A stretch of DNA of 64,000 nucleotides from Nemertoderma westbladi (lineage: Eukaryota; Animalia; Xenacoelomorpha): contig JAUCBJ010007098.1 of NCBI GenBank assembly GCA_032718475.1, positions 1 through 64,000 of the forward strand, written 5' to 3'. Under the pieces are notes generated by a model. The model was not told the origin of the DNA. It searched no databases and worked only from the letters and a program-made list of their open reading frames with translations. Positions 59,440 through 64,000 of this stretch are shown here, in pieces (within the stretch, counting starts at the first letter, position 1; each line of letters begins with the position of its first letter). Position numbers and translations under genes: made by a program.

Positions 59440-62400
59440 GTCCAATAATTACTCAACTACTTTCTCAGTAACTGTCCCGTTAGTCCAACAATTACTCAAC
59501 TACTTTCTCAGTAACTGCCCCGTTAGTCCAATAATTACTCAACTACTTTCTCAGTAACTGTCCCGTTAGTCCAACAATTACTCAACTACTTTCTCAGTAA
59601 CTGCCCCGTTAGTCCAATAATTACTCAACTACTTTCTCAGTAACTGTCCCGTTAGTCCAACAATTACTCAACTACTTCAGTAACTGTCCCGTTAGTCCAA
59701 TAATTACTCAACTACTTTCTCAGTAACTGTCCCGTTAGTCCAATAATTATTCAACTACTTTCTCAGTAACTGCCAAGTTAATCGAATAATTATTCAACTA
59801 CTTTCTCAGTAACTGCCAAGTTAGTCCAATTATCTTTCTCAGTAACTGCCAAGTTAGTCGAATAATTATTCAACTACTTTCTCAGTAACTGCCAAGTTAG
59901 TTGAATAATTATTCAACTACTTTCTCAGTAACTGTCCCGTTAGTCCAATAATTACTCAACTACTTCAGCAACTGCCCCGTTAGTCCAATAATTACTCAAC
60001 TACTTTCTCAGTAACTGTCCCGTTAGTCCAACAATTACTCAACTACTTCAGTAACTGTCCCGTTAGTCCAATAATTACTCAACTACTTTCTCAGTAACTG
60101 CCCCGTTAGTCCAATAATTACTCAACTACTTTCTCAGTAACTGTCCCGTTAGTCCAATAATTACTCAACTACTTTCTCAGTAACTGTCCCGTTAGTCCAA
60201 TAATTACTCAACTACTTCAGTAACTGTCCCGTTAGTCCAATAATTACTCAACTACATTATCAGTAACTGCCAAGTTAGTCCAATAATTACTCAACTACTT
60301 TCTCAGTAACTGTCCCGTTAGTCCAATAATTACTCAACTACATTCTCAGTAACTGCCAAGTTAGTCCAATAATTACTCAACTACTTTCTCAGTAACTGTC
60401 CCGTTAGTCCAATAATTACTCAACTACTTTCTCAGTAACTGTCCCGTTAGTCCAATAATTACTCAACTACTTCAGTAACTGTCCCGTTAGTCCAATAATT
60501 ACTCAACTACATTATCAGTAACTGCCAAGTTAGTCCAATAATTACTCAACTACTTTCTCAGTAACTGTCCCGTTAGTCCAATAATTACTCAACTACATTA
60601 TCAGTAACTGCCAAGTTAGTCCAATAATTACTCAACTACTTTCTCAGTAACTGTCCCGTTAGTCCAATAATTACTCAACTACTTTCTCAGTAACTGTCCC
60701 GTTAGTCCAATAATTACTCAACTACATTCTCAGTAACTGCCAAGTTAGTCCAATAATTACTCAACTACATTATCAGTAACTGCCAAGTTAGTCCAATAAT
60801 TACTCAACTACTTTCTCAGTAACTGTCCCGTTAGTCCAATAATTACTCAACTACTTTCTCAGTAACTGTCCCGTTAGTCCAATAATTACTCAACTACATT
60901 CTCAGTAACTGCCAAGTTAGTCCAATAATTACTCAACTACATTATCAGTAACTGCCAAGTTAGTCCAATAATTACTCAACTACTTTCTCAGTAACTGTCC
61001 CGTTAGTCCAATAATTACTCAACTACATTCTCAGTAACTGCCAAGTTAGTCCAATAATTACTCAACTACTTTCTCAGTAACTGTCCCGTTAGTCCAATAA
61101 TTACTCAACTACTTTCTCAGTAACTGTCCCGTTAGTCCAATAATTACTCAACTACTTCAGTAACTGTCCCGTTAGTCCAATAATTACTCAACTACATTAT
61201 CAGTAACTGCCAAGTTAGTCCAATAATTACTCAACTACTTTCTCAGTAACTGTCCCGTTAGTCCAATAATTACTCAACTACTTTCTCAGTAACTGTCCCG
61301 TTAGTCCAATAATTACTCAACTACTTCAGTAACTGTCCCGTTAGTCCAATAATTACTCAACTACATTATCAGTAACTGCCAAGTTAGTCCAATAATTACT
61401 CAACTACTTTCTCAGTAACTGTCCCGTTAGTCCAATAATTACTCAACTACATTATCAGTAACTGCCAAGTTAGTCCAATAATTACTCAACTACATTATCA
61501 GTAACTGCCAAGTTAGTCCAATAATTACTCAACTACTTTCTCAGTAACTGTCCCGTTAGTCCAATAATTACTCAACTACTTTCTCAGTAACTGTCCCGTT
61601 AGTCCAATAATTACTCAACTACTTCAGTAACTGTCCCGTTAGTCCAATAATTACTCAACTACATTATCAGTAACTGCCAAGTTAGTCCAATAATTACTCA
61701 ACTACTTTCTCAGTAACTGTCCCGTTAGTCCAATAATTACTCAACTACATTATCAGTAACTGCCAAGTTAGTCCAATAATTACTCAACTACATTATCAGT
61801 AACTGCCAAGTTAGTCCAATAATTACTCAACTACTTTCTCAGTAACTGTCCCGTTAGTCCAATAATTACTCAACTACTTTCTCAGTAACTGTCCCGTTAG
61901 TCCAATAATTACTCAACTACTTCAGTAACTGTCCCGTTAGTCCAATAATTACTCAACTACATTATCAGTAACTGCCAAGTTAGTCCAATAATTACTCAAC
62001 TACTTTCTCAGTAACTGTCCCGTTAGTCCAATAATTACTCAACTACATTATCAGTAACTGCCAAGTTAGTCCAATAATTACTCAACTACTTTCTCAGTAA
62101 CTGTCCCGTTAGTCCAATAATTACTCAACTACTTTCTCAGTAACTGTCCCGTTAGTCCAATAATTACTCAACTACTTCAGTAACTGTCCCGTTAGTCCAA
62201 TAATTACTCAACTACATTATCAGTAACTGCCAAGTTAGTCCAATAATTACTCAACTACTTTCTCAGTAACTGTCCCGTTAGTCCAATAATTACTCAACTA
62301 CATTATCAGTAACTGCCAAGTTAGTCCAATAATTACTCAACTACTTTCTCAGTAACTGTCCCGTTAGTCCAATAATTACTCAACTACTTTCTCAGTAACT

Positions 62401-64000
62401 GTCCCGTTAGTCCAATAATTACTCAACTACATTCTCAGTAACTGCCAAGTTAGTCCAATAATTACTCAACTACATTATCAGTAACTGCCAAGTTAGTCCA
62501 ATAATTACTCAACTACTTTCTCAGTAACTGTCCCGTTAGTCCAATAATTACTCAACTACTTTCTCAGTAACTGTCCCGTTAGTCCAATAATTACTCAACT
62601 ACATTCTCAGTAACTGCCAAGTTAGTCCAATAATTACTCAACTACATTATCAGTAACTGCCAAGTTAGTCCAATAATTACTCAACTACTTTCTCAGTAAC
62701 TGTCCCGTTAGTCCAATAATTACTCAACTACATTCTCAGTAACTGCCAAGTTAGTCCAATAATTACTCAACTACTTTCTCAGTAACTGTCCCGTTAGTCC
62801 AATAATTACTCAACTACTTTCTCAGTAACTGTCCCGTTAGTCCAATAATTACTCAACTACTTCAGTAACTGTCCCGTTAGTCCAATAATTACTCAACTAC
62901 ATTATCAGTAACTGCCAAGTTAGTCCAATAATTACTCAACTACTTTCTCAGTAACTGTCCCGTTAGTCCAATAATTACTCAACTACATTATCAGTAACTG
63001 CCAAGTTAGTCCAATAATTACTCAACTACTTTCTCAGTAACTGTCCCGTTAGTCCAATAATTACTCAACTACTTTCTCAGTAACTGTCCCGTTAGTCCAA
63101 TAATTACTCAACTACATTCTCAGTAACTGCCAAGTTAGTCCAATAATTACTCAACTACATTATCAGTAACTGCCAAGTTAGTCCAATAATTACTCAACTA
63201 CTTTCTCAGTAACTGTCCCGTTAGTCCAATAATTACTCAACTACTTTCTCAGTAACTGTCCCGTTAGTCCAATAATTACTCAACTACATTCTCAGTAACT
63301 GCCAAGTTAGTCCAATAATTACTCAACTACATTATCAGTAACTGCCAAGTTAGTCCAATAATTACTCAACTACTTTCTCAGTAACTGTCCCGTTAGTCCA
63401 ATAATTACTCAACTACATTCTCAGTAACTGCCAAGTTAGTCCAATAATTACTCAACTACTTTCTCAGTAACTGTCCCGTTAGTCCAATAATTACTCAACT
63501 ACTTTCTCAGTAACTGTCCCGTTAGTCCAATAATTACTCAACTACTTCAGTAACTGTCCCGTTAGTCCAATAATTACTCAACTACATTATCAGTAACTGC
63601 CAAGTTAGTCCAATAATTACTCAACTACTTTCTCAGTAACTGTCCCGTTAGTCCAATAATTACTCAACTACATTATCAGTAACTGCCAAGTTAGTCCAAT
63701 AATTACTCAACTACTTTCTCAGTAACTGTCCCGTTAGTCCAATAATTACTCAACTACTTTCTCAGTAACTGTCCCGTTAGTCCAATAATTACTCAACTAC
63801 ATTCTCAGTAACTGCCAAGTTAGTCCAATAATTACTCAACTACTTTCTCAGTAACTGTCCCGTTAGTCCAATAATTACTCAACTACTTTCTCAGTAACTG
63901 TCCCGTTAGTCCAATAATTACTCAACTACATTATCAGTAACTGCCAAGTTAGTCCAATAATTACTCAACTACTTTCTCAGTAACTGTCCCGTTAGTCCAA
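59440..64000. repeat. 43-bp satellite (GTTAGTCCAATAATTACTCAACTACTTTCTCAGTAACTGTCCC), >100 copies, continues beyond window
   Basis: Directly visible; four main variants with a 685-bp higher-order repeat. Confidence 0.98.

Overview
AT-rich, repeat-dense eukaryotic (invertebrate-animal-like) genomic DNA, not prokaryotic. The one clearly recognisable host gene is a 3204-aa BAZ2A/B (toutatis-like) chromatin remodeller (MBD/TAM-DDT-WHIM1/2/3-PHD-PHD-bromodomain) encoded by a single 9.6-kb ORF at 43815-53429. An orphan intronless 577-aa ORF at 13625-15358 appears by eye to combine a degenerate KH-like fold, RG repeats, a canonical eIF4E-binding motif and clustered PPG-hydrophobic (GYF-ligand) motifs; it is the best candidate for something undescribed. 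A minus-strand ORF of at least 706 aa, missed by the ORF track, runs off the left edge (probably retroelement ORF1/gag), and its leader holds a duplicated, strongly base-paired RNA module. The rest is a decayed LINE whose own coding motif seeded a 17-bp satellite, foldback/hAT/piggyBac/Tc1/Harbinger-like MITEs (some nested, several with verifiable TSDs), a tRNA-derived SINE, a perfect 125-bp palindrome and three large satellites (28, 26 and 43 bp) with higher-order structure. All domain and family calls were made by eye; no database searches were run.
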